NCBI GenBank assembly: GCA_904063045.1
Contig: CAJFCJ010000015.1
Coordinates: 62,001 to 126,000 of the forward strand
Direction: 5' to 3'
Origin: Dimorphilus gyrociliatus
Taxonomy: Eukaryota; Animalia; Annelida
DNA: 64,000 bases
Program-made: the position numbers and the translations under genes
Shown: positions 1 through 14,065 of the stretch, one piece after another
Numbering within the stretch: position 1 is the first letter of the stretch
How the letters are laid out: each line of letters opens with the position of its first letter
The notes under the pieces: generated by a model
Database searches by the model: none
Told to the model about the DNA's origin: nothing
Seen by the model: the letters and a program-made list of their open reading frames with translations, nothing else

Positions 1-799
1 TATTACAATATAAACAATTTAAATTATCCAATTTCTTTTGTAGGGCCATAATCATCTCTCTTTTATATACTGTTGTATTGTTTATAAAGATTATTTAATG
101 TAATAACTATAGAGTATGGATATATACCTATGTTTTGGGGAAGGCCAATATTTAAATGATGATATTTTGACATATGATTTAGTAAATCGGCTGGATTCGA
201 ATTATGTAATTCATATTTACAAAACAAGCACATGTGGGAGAATGATTTATCTTTACTCTCCTCTTCTAAATGCTTTATTGCAGTTTTCTGTGTGGATTAA
301 GCTATGTAGATGAATATCTCTATCTGTGTAAAGCTATAGGGCTACTCAAATATTCATGTATTTTACCAGATGTTGTGATTGAAGGGATAATCTCAGTTCT
401 TTATCCAAGGGCATGTCCTCACTAAGTATGTAAGCTTGGGAGCTGTCAACCATAGTATCCAAATTGCATAACTTATCGATAGAGTTGATTTTTAATTGCT
501 TTCTCCAAAAGATTAAATACCTATTTGGAGAATAATGTGTATAGAATTGAAAATAACAATTAATTAAGAAATAAGAAGTACTACCATGGTAAATAAGGTA
601 TACGTTCATAATTAGTAATAATTATTCTATGCTTTTGTAGTAAGTGGGTCATATATTCTTGAACGAAGGGAATTCTACTTTTATATTCGCATAATAGACA
701 ATTCAACTCATCGCATATTTCATTTAACGATTCGTTATCAACTTCTATAGATAATTTAAGGCTTTTTTTCAATGTTTTTTCCAAGTTTTCGGCGGACAT
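1..799 (-). CDS. ZNF277: Zinc finger protein 277 homolog, 5' part (continues off the left edge). Exons 799-585, 520-367, 287-128, 69-<1
   Basis: The spliced translation MSAENLEK...CLLCEY...HLLQKH...LPW|YLIFWRKQL...DKELRLSLQSQHL|KTAIKHLEEESKDKSFSHMCLFC...LLNHMSKYHHLNIGLPQNI|VYKREMIMALQKKLDNLNCLYCN matches my recollection of ZNF277 motifs (YILYWRKR, CMFC...LNHM..EH.FNIGLPDNIV, LQKKLDNLQCLYC). Introns are GT-AG, 64, 79 and 58 nt, and phase-consistent. The start codon is uncertain. Confidence 0.9.
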
Positions 800-1771
800 C
801 TCGCCCAAATGTTGAATATCGACTTTCAAATAATCTGGTAGTTCTAGTTGTGTTTTACTGTAAAGTGTACAAGTCTACATGTGCCATCTATCGGTAAGAA
901 TTTTTTGAGAACTATCTATTGATTTCATAGATGGCAACAGTCTTTTCTTAATCTCTTGATAGTCCATCTAGCGGGAACCTTGTAACTCAGACAGTAATTC
1001 ATAATTTTTTATACTATACGTTCAATAAATACTTTCAATGGCATTTACATTGAAAGGATAGCCGGTTTCTAAGTCTAGTCTACGATCTGCCCTCTTTTTT
1101 ATGCTATACAATTATATCCATTCTTATGACTGTCTGGGGTGAAAATCGTTATTAGAATATCTAAGAAGCATTTTTTAAAGTTCAATTTAACGCCAATATA
1201 TCAGTATAGTTGTAAGCATTAATTTGTAAAATTCTTTGAGAAGAATGACCGTCCTAAATACCCTCAAATCCTGGCGGGTAAATTATTCGTCTAGACAGCA
1301 AGTTACAAACGGTCTCAATCATTTCTCATTCAACGGAAATATACACGACAAACCGTCCGACGAATATATTACTATATTATGTTTATGAATGTAAACATTA
1401 GCGTTGATTGGCTGCTATAATTTTCAACGGCTCAAACCGCATGAGTCCTAGATATAGACGATAATTGTGCGCAGGAACATAGTTCGATCAAAAATTTAAA
1501 AGTTTCTTAACGAAATTTAAGTAACAGCCTTTACTTGTTAGAATTTTAAATTTAGATGTAAGCCTAAATATAAACAAAGATTATTTATTTGTTTTCAAAG
1601 AGACTTTGGAATTTGGAACAAATTCTAAAAGTAGTGGGCGAGTGGCGCAGTAATACGTCGGCGAGTGATCACGTGGTATCGAGTCTCAGTTGCTAAAACA
1701 GTTGTGTCAGTTTGTGTATTTTCTCTGTATTGGACGGATCTAATTCTTATCATTTAACGGATCGAAAGACT

Positions 1772-3728
1772 ATGTCAGTTAAGAACAGTGTAACTAAATT
1801 GATACCTAAGAAACTCAGAGACGCTTTTGTCTGTACGAGTCCTGAAAAAGAAAAAGGTAAGTTTTAAGCGCTTATTTAGGGAAAAAAAAGAACTTTCACT
1901 TTTTCGTCTATCAAATCTTTAACACTCGATCTCTTTTACTTGTAGTTCGAAGTGACCGAGCTAGAGATAAAGAAATGTTCGAAAGGACGTACGCCGTACA
2001 CCAAGTTGTAGGCAACGGCGGTTTTGGAACTGTTTACGCGGGAACGAAACGACGATGTGGAACTCCCGTAAGTTTTTTAGCTTCCTTTTTCCCACTGTTA
2101 GAACCGGAAGTTTTACTTGGCGCGCTTTTTTATTAAACAGGTTGCGGTAAAGCAGATCGCAAAAAGTAAAGTCACCGAATGGGGAACGGTGAGTAATCGA
2201 ACTTTAATAGTATGAATTATGCTAATGCTCTGACTCAAAAAATTTAAGGTTGACGGCAGAACCGTTCCAATGGAAATTGTTCTTCTAAAAGCAGTAGAAA
2301 ACATTGAACGCGTCGTAAAAATGCTAGATTGGTTTGAGAAGAGTGATTCATTCATAGTTGTGATGGAACGCCCTGATCCAGTAAAAGACCTTTTCGACTA
2401 TATAAGTGAAAATGTTACTGCTTTGGATGAAGATAAAGCGAGGGATTTCTTCCGCCAAATTGTCAAAATTATATCTCAAGTTCACAACGCTGGTGTTTGC
2501 CATAGAGATATTAAAGATGAAAACATCTTAGTTGACTCAAAAGGAGACTTGCATTTAATAGATTTTGGAAGTGGGGCGTTCCTTAAGGATACTGTATATA
2601 CCGACTTTGAAGGTAAGCTACTCTTTTGACGACGTGGCTAGACGCTAGGTTGCTAGGAAACAACCGTCATTGACGTAGTTGTATAGATTATGTTAATGAG
2701 GGCGTAGGAGTGCTTCAATGTTTGCTCATAAATAGTTATATCGACTATCGGTTCCAGGATCAAACCAAACATAGGGAATGTAAATATTGTTATCTGACCT
2801 ACATAGAGAGGAAATACGACGTTTTCAGCTCAATATCGTATTGTTTTGACGGGTGATATAGGGGTCACTGTCGGCGGTGAATGACTTAGGCGAGAAAATA
2901 AATGAAGGGAGTTAGCTCGTTGAGCCGAATAGCGCCCAAGGTTCTATGATTGTCCCTAAATCTAGGCGAGTAATTTTCTGCAGCCCTTTGTTTTCTTAGT
3001 GATTATTTGTTTACTAACAAAAGAGTGAGAGTGACTCACTATCGTATGGTAGGGATACCATTCACGAATTGTACTGAGCTAAAAATAGACTTTGTCACGA
3101 CTACTATTTATGATGTCCTACATCCTCAACTAAGAGAATCTCTGAATCATAGCAAGTACTTTCTAACGAAATATTTCATAAGTCTTATGGCCATTGTATA
3201 CCTCTACAAATGTTAACCGTCGTAGTTAGAAGGGACTGCAGTGGCCTCCATAGGCATTGAAGCTCTAACAAGATGGACTAAATTGAGCCCAAGGCCCTAG
3301 AATTTGTCCACAAATCTAGTCAAGTCTAGCTAGTTTTCTTTTGCTATTATTTTGTCAAAGTACTTATAGTATTCTTTTATTTAACAGGAACAAGAGTTTA
3401 TAGTCCACCAGAATGGATAGCTCATCATCGTTATACAGCGGAAGCAGCAACAGTCTGGTCTTTGGGTATCCTATTATTCGACATGGTCTGCTATGACATT
3501 CCCTTTCACGAGGATAGAGAAATTTTAAAAGCAGAACCTCAATTTAAACCAGGCCTTAGCGAAGACGTTAAGGATTTAATACGTCAATGCCTGAGCCTTA
3601 AACCATCAAAAAGGCCACGACTAGCAGAGCTTTTGGAACATCGGTGGATGAAAGAAGAAGGAAACAGCGATTCCTCACTAGCCTCCTCAACCGATTCAAA
3701 CAATTCCGATACAAGATCTTCTGCTTGA
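1772..3728 (+). CDS. PIM: Pim-family Ser/Thr kinase, ~319 aa. Exons 1772-1856, 1946-2067, 2141-2188, 2249-2612, 3388-3728
   Basis: Has [15 protein letters not shown], the Pim-specific hinge [27 protein letters not shown]...[14 protein letters not shown] and [19 protein letters not shown]. All junctions are GT-AG and in phase. Confidence 0.95.
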
Positions 3729-6700
3729 GATAGAAGAATTGTTAGGAAATAAATTGACTTTTGCTCCATAAAATGGTGGTTGTGTGCTGTAAATTGTTCG
3801 GCCGACTATCTCAAAAGAAGAGGCAGCTATATTCTTCTCGCTTTTTTGAACTGAAAAATCTGTTACATGACGCTCAGATTTTCGTTGTACTATTGTCAAC
3901 GTCGTTGTTTTACTTTTTTTTTTCGCTATGTCAGGCTGTTCTACCTCGTTCAGTCCTAATTTATTGAAAACGTTAAATTCAAAGAAAATAATAAAAGACA
4001 AAAAATTATATCACATACATAAATACTAAAAGTATTTTTATTGTATACGATTTTGAAATTTTGGCGCTAACTGGAAAATTACAGTGTAGACATACACATC
4101 TAAAGCTATATTTATAACGTAGGTATTACGCCTATAGTCTTGGCAACTTGCCAGTCCACATTCCGGTACTGCAAAAAAAAATCAATAGTCAGTTTTCTCT
4201 GCTGCACAATCACTGGTCGACAACCTTCACCTTATTACTATCCCCTTTAATGTTAATTTATATGGCTGTTTTTTGGGTCTAGCTCTCTTTCTTGCCTGGT
4301 CTAATGACTGTCAGTTATCTAGGGCTTTGCCGTCGACATCTAAATCAGCCCTGGTAACAATCCATCTTGTCTATGCGACAACGTTTATCGGTAGCAAGAT
4401 AATCCTGGCTATACATTAACAAACAACTAATTAACTATTTGTGTGTACAAACAGCAATGATAAATGAGATGAGTACTCGAATAGTATAAATCTTACTTAA
4501 GCGTCCTAAAGAGAAAAAGATAGAAAAAATAGCTTTTGAATTGCTTCCTCCATAGAGTTTAATTTGTACAATTCAATACGCACCGTGTCCTAACCACTCC
4601 TATATTTATTTATAGTACTAATCATTACAGCAAGGGAGAAATTACAAATCAATAAGTCAAACTCGCTTTAGTTATATTAAACTTTTTTTTGTTTTATTCA
4701 AAAGAAAGCAACAATTAAAATTTGGTGTTCATCTTCTATTGTTCTCCCATTCCACGTGCCAGTGATCACGAGATCCACGCATGGGAAAATTTAGAGGCAT
4801 GTGCACGGTAATAATGACGCCATAGTTCAAAACCACAACCAGTTTTAGGAAAAGCGGGCGGAAAACTTTTATAAATGTTATTTAATCATTTAATCAATAA
4901 TTCACAACAAAAAAAATCCAAAGTTATCAATTTCAAACATATTTATGATTTCTCTATCTTCATGGGAATATAAATATAAAGAGTACAGTCTTTTCATTCG
5001 ATGGACATCATTTTGTATAAGCGTGCATATATTGTTAAGAAAGTATAAAAAGTAACATATAATTATCTAGTCTAAAAGTAGTATAAAATGTGAAATTTAT
5101 TCTGTATGAAAAATTAATATAGTCTGTGTTATGCCATTAGTCTAGAGTTTCGTGATTCATTGCCACGGTGAAGTTCTATAATACCTAATTAGAGTATATT
5201 ATTATTAATACGAATGATATATTGAGTACATATTGTATATAAACACTTTTTCTAGTTTCCATAAAAGAGGTTAAAGTAATGATGTGTAGTTGATATGTAT
5301 ACATAAGAATACAGATATTAGAAATAGATATGCATTAATAATCATTTTCTATACATTTAAACTATTCGTTACTTATTCACTAGTGAAGAAATGTAATAGC
5401 TCTGGATTTGACCCGTGAAAAAGTCAAGTAATTAGAATAACAATCCACACTTAATTATTTTTTAATAAGAATGAAAAACTTGACGTTTTCCCTATATTTA
5501 GTTTTTGTCTTAGTATGGTAATTAAAAATACATAAAAATAGAAGTTAAGTTCATTTTTTAAATAATAGCATAACAGTCAAAAACTGTAACATCCAAGAAC
5601 TGGTTCATAATAAGTAGTCAGACATGTAGCCCAATAATTTTCAATTCTTTTTTTCCATTAGACAAACTAAAACAACGAATTGAAAGATAAGAAAGAGAAA
5701 ATATATGATAAGTTATATTAGTAAAATGAATATTGAAATAATTAGGGTAGGGTCCAAACATAAAAGAGAATGTCTCATTATCTCCCACCCCCTTTTCTCT
5801 CCTATCCCTTTCAGCCTTTCATCAACTGTCTGAAACTAGAGCATTTCAAACTCCAGTATTACTTTTATACCAATACATATTTTAATTTTACGAAATACTT
5901 TGCCTAACTCGGATATTTACTATATTCTTTCATTAGGACAATCTCGTTAATAGTAGACTCTCCTGAAATCTCTCCTCTATTGATATTTCTATTGCCATAT
6001 GAATTCGGATAAATATAAACCCTTAATCAATTATTTCAATAACATTTGCAAAATTTTAGACATAAAGAATATAATACAAGTAGTCAAGCTGTTAATACTT
6101 ATATTAACTTTATACATAGATTTTGCTGAAAATTTGGTCGCCTTTAAGCAATATTCAGGTGATCTTATTGGATATTCTCGACAGATATTTAACCTTAGTT
6201 AGCCGTAAGCTTATCTACAACAACGTTTTTTAGAAGAAAAATAAATAGAAGGAAACGGCCGTAATTATTAGTATATCGTTAAATCATAGAAACAGTTCTA
6301 GGACAAATGCAAAAAGGGAAACGTGGGAGGCGGGAGAAAGGGAAGGGGGCGAAAAAGAAAAAAAGAAAATATCCCATTAATAGAGCAGATGGAAACGTAC
6401 TATAGAGAAACTCGTTTACGAGTCTGGCAGAAAGGGGATTGTACTCACAAAGTAACGCCTGAATAGATGGAATGTGGCTCGAAAACGGTACACTTTTGTA
6501 ATTAAAAAAAAATTTACCCCGTTAACTGAAAGCGGCTCAAAACGGTGACAGTTTATTAATTGAGTTATGAATGGAAAAATACTATTATATTTGATTGTGC
6601 AATTAATGAAGCTGACATCTCAGGGAAAATCGAAGGGATTGTGACCCAGAATTGAGACAATAAGCTTGTTTAGGGTCTCCCTTGGACATAGTTAAATATT

Positions 6701-8640
6701 GATTTGAAGGGGAAAAAATATGACATTAGATTAAATGAATAAAAACAACCTCTGTGGAATAGGAACCCTTTGATGCATTAAGATACTATGCTTTTCAACA
6801 TATAAGAAGTAAAAACAATGACAAAATAAATTAGTTGGCTACTCCCATAATGGAGGCTTTCTCTTTTAAATAATTTATACTGATAAGAACTACTATTATG
6901 CAATATATCCTTATCGTGTAGTACTATCCTTATAATAAACTATTAAACAACATTTCACTCAGCAAGGAGCGAACAAGATGGCATAATTAATTCAACTATA
7001 GTTTACTATTTCTGTTCTATGTCAAAATATGAGACCAAATAAAAGCGGATTATAATAAAAAATTGTCATAAATACTTAATTCCTTGGTATTAAAAATAAA
7101 TAAAAGGTGATCAAAGGTTAATGTTATTTAAAAGATTATCGGTATTAAAACAAAATAATAAGAGTTAATCTTATAGCTAATTTAAAAAATCATAATAAAC
7201 TATCAATCAACGTGCTTCTTATATTCTCTCTTTCGCCCCAAGTTTTCTCCCTTTATTAAGTTTTTTCTTTTTCTTAATTTTTCTCCCTTATTGTAAATCT
7301 AAACCTTTTAGAGAGGCTTTTTTTAGTAACAATTTACAATTACCAAGGTCAATGTTAAACTTGAATAAAGTATGATTCTCTTTTCTTTTTGGGTGTAGTT
7401 GAACTTTTAACTATGAAATTGAATACGAATGACCGATTTTTAAAAGATTATACGCTATAGAGTAGTCTGAAATTAGTACAAAGTTATTATCCGTAGGGAC
7501 TTCCCTCGTTATTTAAAACGCTTAAAGGATTGGATTAACAGCGTGTTAGTTGAAAGATGATTTATAAGGGGAGGGGTAGATGAGAGAAAAGAAAAAACTA
7601 AAACGATAATAGACAGTTGTATTACCCCGTCCGTTCTGTCTTATATTTTTCTTTTACCATCTATTACCAGTATATCTATTTGTCTGTCTTTTATTTGATT
7701 GATGTTTTGTCCTCTATTTTTATTGTTCATAGTAACAAATTCAACGGAAAGGAAAGAAGCTAAAAAAAAGATCAAGTATAATTTATATGCTGTATAAATT
7801 TAGTATACGAAGTGAGTTATCTAATTCTTTAAATAGATTTCAAAGGAAAAGAAACAATAAAAATCTGGGGTATTATATAGACTAAATAAATATATATATA
7901 TATATAATTCTTATGCATCATAGAATATATATATATATATATACAAATACTAATTTATTATTTATTTTTATCGTTATCTCTATTCAATTCCTCGTTTAGA
8001 TTGATGAAAGTTCTTCGAATGTTGCGTAGATGTAATAGATAAATAACCTTCGAATCAAAACAATCGAAACTCCAATTTCCAAAGCCTATTGTTCTATAAA
8101 TAAAGATGAGAATGAAAGGATGCCGAGAGAGAGAGAAGAGAAAAGGAGAGGAAAGAAAAAAATAAATAAATAGATACACAGAGAACAAAGTACACAAGCT
8201 ATACGCAAAACTATACACCTTATTACGTATTTGAATAAAGATAACAAACAGGAAAATACGTCTTTTCTTTTTGCAAAGATTATTTCCATTGACATTACAG
8301 TTTAATATATATTACTGATATTGCATCCTCAGTATTGCGCAATTACTACCTAATCCACAATAAATTACGCAGTCTAAATAAATGCTAGATCGATTAAGGA
8401 ATTAACACTGTTTTGAGACTAGACAGGCCTAATACTTTAACGAGTGTTTTTTGACCTCTACTCTTTATACTGTCTTGAAAAAATAAGGAAGAAAAAACCC
8501 TGTTTTTCGAAGAAAATTCATCAACAAATCATTGTTTCTAGACGACCAAACCCTTTTATGCCTATGTTTTTATTCTCTCTTATCATTTTCTGAGAACTGT
8601 AGACATAAAAACGATTAAATAGGCTTTCTACTATTTGTCT

Positions 8641-8767
8641 TTCCCGAGAAAGCAAAACATACGTATTCGACGAGTCTGCTCAACGTTTGTTCTAAAACTT
8701 GACGTCACTAGTATATATAAATATTTGTATATATGCCTAGTGATAAGGAATTTGCTGACGTCACTAG
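8641..8767. promoter_or_regulatory. Putative enhancer: two full CRE palindromes (TGACGTCA at 8700-8707 and 8756-8763, each followed by CTAG) and a TTC-N4-GAA STAT-like site (8641-8650)
   Basis: Motifs read directly from the sequence; a third TGACGTCA lies at 11429-11436. Function is inferred. Confidence 0.35.
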
Positions 8768-11700
8768 GACAAAGTAGGGCATTTGAAAGGGAAATTTTTT
8801 AACCTTGGTTAGTGGCTACGGTGTTACAGGTTCGAATAAATTTAGAAGTTAGTGCAGTTCAATAAAAAGGAGACTTGGAATGTTTGAATTTTCGAGAGTG
8901 CATATCCATTACTTTCTGACTCATTCATTCAAATTGTTGCGGCTAAGGTGTTCAAATTCTATAGACACAAAAGTAGTACTATATTGATATAGCATGCATG
9001 GAATTTTTTCGTTCAGCAGCTGGTTGCTAGGTGGAGCCACGCTCCTGACTAAAAAAATATAATAGATTAAAACTTTCTTTCAATATTAGATACTTTTATC
9101 TGAAGAAAAAAGAAAAGAGAGAAAGAAAATACTCTTCCTTCAATTTAGTTTTATTGTCTAAAATTTTTCTATTATTTTCTTAAAATAACTTTATTATCTT
9201 CTTTCATTTTTTCCCTCACTTCTCAATCAGTTATTTATAACTAAAGTTTTTTTTTGTTTAGGTGTAATATATTCCACCCTCCCAGTCTAAAGAATTTTTC
9301 CAAGGGATGCTCTACTGATCTGGGTAGTAAAATAACACAGTCTACCTCTTTCCAATTTAGAAACTAGTACTTATTCATTTATATGCATTGAAGGAGAAAA
9401 ATTGAAGATTTACAAGTTCGTTAACTGACTTCTATCTGTGTTAATAACACTTATTGAACACTTCTCCGCAAAGCCGTCCACACATACATACATGTTAGTT
9501 GGACTGAATAAACACTCAAAAATTAGTACAAGTAAATTACTCATTAGATAATATAGGTTTAAATATCCATAACAATGGAAAGGTTTTAAATAATTACCAA
9601 ATTACTATAATTATTGTAAATTATCAATATTTATTCACTAGTTATAACAATAACAATAGTACAAGTTAAAGGAACAAGTATAGAAAGTTTCTATAAATAG
9701 ATATAACAAGTAATAAAACTTTTATGAAATACAAGAAAGAATTTCACCAATATGAACAGTTTTTGCTTTTTTTCAATGAAAATTAATATGATGCTACGCA
9801 ATAGGTGTTTTATTCTTTTGAAACTAGTGCAGAATAAATTAACTAGTTACTGGATTAGTTGGGATTATAAAGAGGAAATAAATCAGTTTTTCTTATGGTA
9901 ATTTTGCAACATTTCAAGCTGTTGAACTGAATATGAATGGATTATTATAATTTATTCATATCAGCATACATACCATTTGGGGATTAGTGGTTAGTAACGA
10001 CTAAAAGAAACTTGTAGTGTAAATCAGAAACGAAACAAACCGCTTTTCTGGAATTAAAATTTTTGAATGAGATAATTAGAAGAGTATCGAAGAATGGGAG
10101 GGGCGGGAGGAATGAATATTAGTGGGTGTGGGAGGTTTTTAGATAAGAAATAGATAGATAAATAAAGTTGCACTTTATTTTCTAATTGATATAAATGTTA
10201 CATAAAAGTCTATTTTTATTCTTTAGCTAGTAATATAAATGGTATTTAATACATCGAAAGCTATTTAAATCAACCATAATACTCTTACTATACTTTTAAA
10301 AGGAAATAGGTAGTTAAGTATAAAGAAGAGGTAATTTGATAAAAATACATTCATATATATATAAAAAATTTTAATTGAACACAATACGAGGAAAACACCT
10401 GTTTTAAGTTATTTTAAGGTTAAAATCGTACAATATTTGTTTTCATCATATTATGTACACATAAAAAATGTAGAGGTACTAAAGAACATGGAACTTGTAC
10501 CAACAATTAAAAAATAAAAAGAAAGATTTAGTCAGATATTTTAGCATTCTGTAAAGAGTTTAAAAAGAATAAAGAGAAAAGGGCGTGGAAAGTGGAAACA
10601 CCTAAACATATTTATTTATGAATAGGAGTGTAACAGTAACTATTTAAAAGATATTCGCCCTAGCGCATTTTACTTTCTATTATATATGTATATATATATA
10701 TATATATATTCTATAAATAGGAAACAAAATGTTGTTTTGTAAAGTTTAACTATATTTTCTTCTAACCATGTATTAGTATTTTTATGGAGTAAACAGTGTG
10801 TATTTTGATATATGCATATATATATATATATATACATACTAATATATTTAACATTTTCCTTATATAACTGTTGTTGCTATCAACAATCCACTCCTCCCTT
10901 TTCTTTCACTCACTCATTGTTTTTTCCTTCCCTTCTACTGTATTTTTTTTTGTTTCTTTTCAAACAATCAACACGCTATTGAATAAAGCTAAAGAGCAAT
11001 AAACAAACTGTCATTTTGCCCTTTTGTTCATATCGATTAACTTTTCACTGTCGAACAAGACTAAGAAGATAAAAAAATAAAAAAAAAAAGAGCTTCTAGA
11101 ATTGTACTTAGTACAAAAATTTAACGTACTCTATGCATAATAGATCATTATGACAGTTTTTTTTTGCCATTTATTAATAGCCATGTAGCTATGTAACGAT
11201 TGAATGTAAAAATCTTGATTAGACAGTCTTGTCTTCTTTTTTCTAAAATATGCGTAGGCGAAGGTTTTTTTGAACGTCCATACAGATGTTTTTCATTCAC
11301 TTATGGTTCGATTATTTTTTTTTTAATTTATAAAAAAATTCTTTTTCGAGGTCGGATCAAAAAAAAATCTATATAGACATTAAAATACTTTATGTAGGCG
11401 TGCAAATGGATTAATTTGTTGTTACTTATGACGTCATGATTATAATGTAACAGCTGTATTGAATAAACTTTTTGCTGCCTTCATAAAAAAAGTATTACAG
11501 TAATATATACAATATATAAATAGATATAAAAAAGAAATAACTATAAAATTAAATTATTAAAGGTGTTTAATTTGAATATCTAAAAATAGGTGTTAATTTG
11601 AAGTGAAGTTATTACTATTACAAGGACTATGTCCATTATTATTTTATCAAGAGATAAGAAATAAAGATAATAGTTGTTTTTCTGGTTAAAACCGTCTGTT

Positions 11701-12224
11701 GATTGTTCAGTAGGAATATAAAAGATATGAAATAAAAATTTTCAGCTGTTTTATCAAGATAAATTTCACATGAAAATTGTATTCTTTAATTATTATAGTT
11801 TTTTTCGTCGTAATAACCTAATTTTTTCATGCAAAGAGTCTGTTTTCCTTTAAACTACTTTATTTACGACAAATTTAACTAAACAGAAAAGTAAAAATCC
11901 ACTTGTTGTTGTAAATTGTCTCGTATTTCCTATCCTTATTTACTTTTATGTTTTAATAGGTTATTGAAATTTACTTAATAAAATAGGCAATTTTAAAGAA
12001 AATAGCAAAGATTGATGAGCCTCTATCTATAAGAAGATATAGTAAATCATTACGTTTTCTGAGAAAGTAAACAAAGGTGTTGTTGTCCTATTTAATTACT
12101 TAAGGATGAGGGGGCAGAGCTTTTTTAAAGAGATTAACGATTGTGTTAAAAAGTACTAGAGACTCTTAATTTATTTAACTCTTGAGCATGACAAAGGTTT
12201 CATTACAATTAAAGACAAGTTAAA

Positions 12225-14065
12225 CTAATCAAAGTCCATTAGGTAGAGCCCGCGGTCAATAGCCACGTAGGTGTATCGATAATCCAGCTCTAGTGAAAAA
12301 ACCGGTGTTTTCCTCTTCACGGTGAAAAAGTATTGCATAGGCTTTTTTGTGTATCTTCTATCCCAAAGTGATATTCTAGCGTGATTAGATAATCCGACTG
12401 CTATTGCATTGTCACCATCGGTTTGCAAACTATATACAAAACTATCAAAAGGATCGGAGAATTCCAAGATTGGCTTTGTCCAAGCCGATCTGGTATCCCA
12501 AAATCTGACGTATGTATCGTACCCTCCTGTTAGAATTGAATTGTCATCGTAATTTCTTATAGCGAGTATACCAGCTCCTTTTCTGTTATTCGATCCTAAA
12601 AAACCTAATAAAATCTCTTTTTCGAGATTCCAAATTGTTAGAGGAGAAAGAGCATAATTAAGATAGGATGTGCCACATACTATATGATCGTCTATGAATG
12701 AATTAGAAAGAATTCGATCATTTAAATTAAATTGAACTTTTTTTTCTATGTTTGAACTTTTCCATATTTTTAATACTCCGTCTTCCGATCCAGTGCAGAT
12801 AGTATCTTTTGCTACTGATATACATAATATATCAGCCGCATGACAATTCTCTTTCCTCCATAGTAGATCAGCTGTAGAAGCATTAAAACAGGCCATACTC
12901 TTGTCTCTGCTTACACTATACAATTTTTCATCTTTGCAAACAAATCGGGTAACATCCTCATTATGTCCCCTAAAAATTTGATCTTCTCTCACGCAACCAT
13001 TCTTAATCTTTTGAAAACCTATGATTTCTGATCCCAAAGACATCCATAATCGATTTCCATTACTTTGCAACCAAGGTAAATGAATTTCTTTTGTCTTCAA
13101 AACACTTTTCAATTTGAATTTCCCTTTTTTTATATTCAATTCAATTCTATATTTTTCCTTGGCTACATTTTTTTTTAAAGAAAATCTTTTGTCAATTAGT
13201 CATAAAAAGAAAAAAAACTAGTTTAACGAGTTCTACTACTTTTTTCTTGAACAGCTTAGGCCATCTATATTATATACTGTCTTTGAATAATAATGTGTAC
13301 ATTCAAAATTTTTGTTTATTGAGTATTTTAAGAATTATAAGCTTTGTAAAAAGTTCTATATTTACATTCTTTTATTGCGTAATAGCTTTTTTTTATTGTT
13401 GTTTATAGTTTATTTTCGAAAGATTAGTGTTACAAACACAGAAATTAATTATAGTTTTAAGGCTGAACAAATCGTCTTAGATTTCTTTATTTTTGTTAGG
13501 TGAGTAGAATTTCTCCTATCTTCTTTGTTAGAATATCTAAAAGTGAACATTTCACGCTGTGAAAGGTTTACTTTTAGAATATACAATTGAAAATAAGATA
13601 AATAGCTTCTAAAAAAAACTAAAGCTATTCTATACTCGTATTATGCAAGAAAACACATGTTCTTCTTACCATAAAATTTATTACATCTTTATACAAAGTT
13701 AATGCTTGGCCTTGGCTTACATAACTTAAGTATTACGCAATACATAAATCACTTTTGTAAGATAAGAAATGTTAAAAATCCTAATAAATTTTCTCGAAGA
13801 GTAAAAAAAATGTAGCCAAAGTACAATTTAGTTTACAAACGCTTGTTTCGTTCGAACAGCCCACTATAGTGTGACTGATTCTTTTGCGGTTCCATATACA
13901 ATTTGAACTAAAAACTTTCCTGAATCTTCTAGATACCATTGATAGACGACACAAGGTTGTACTATCACAATAACTGGCTATATCTAAGAGAATATCGTCA
14001 GGTAATTCTCCGAAGGAGAACTTCCTATTTGACACATTAATTTGTTGTTCGTCGTACATAGACAT
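12225..14065 (-). CDS. FBXW4: F-box/WD repeat protein 4 (dactylin) homolog, ~388 aa. Probable exons 14065-13837 and 13162-12225
   Basis: F-box LPDDILLDIASYCD...LCRLSMVSRRF. WD part GHNEDVTRFV, SPLTIWNL, GAGILAI, TGGYDTYVRFWDTR, EFSDPFDSFVYSLQTDGD, LWDRR, PVFSL parallels FBXW4 (GHDEDVCHFV, CGYDTYVRYWDLR, EPHDSTLYCLQTDG). The exact junction is uncertain because an alternative acceptor exists near 13186. Confidence 0.9.

Noticed and set aside
116-313. + strand ORF with GQYLNDDIL, superficially like a Ulp1/SENP protease motif
   Set aside because: It is the antisense of ZNF277 exons and introns, whose minus-strand reading fits far better.
7958-8295. Two overlapping minus-strand ORFs with a possible intron between them
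   Set aside because: Hydrophobic low-complexity translations driven by CT-rich sequence; the spliced product is short and unrecognisable.
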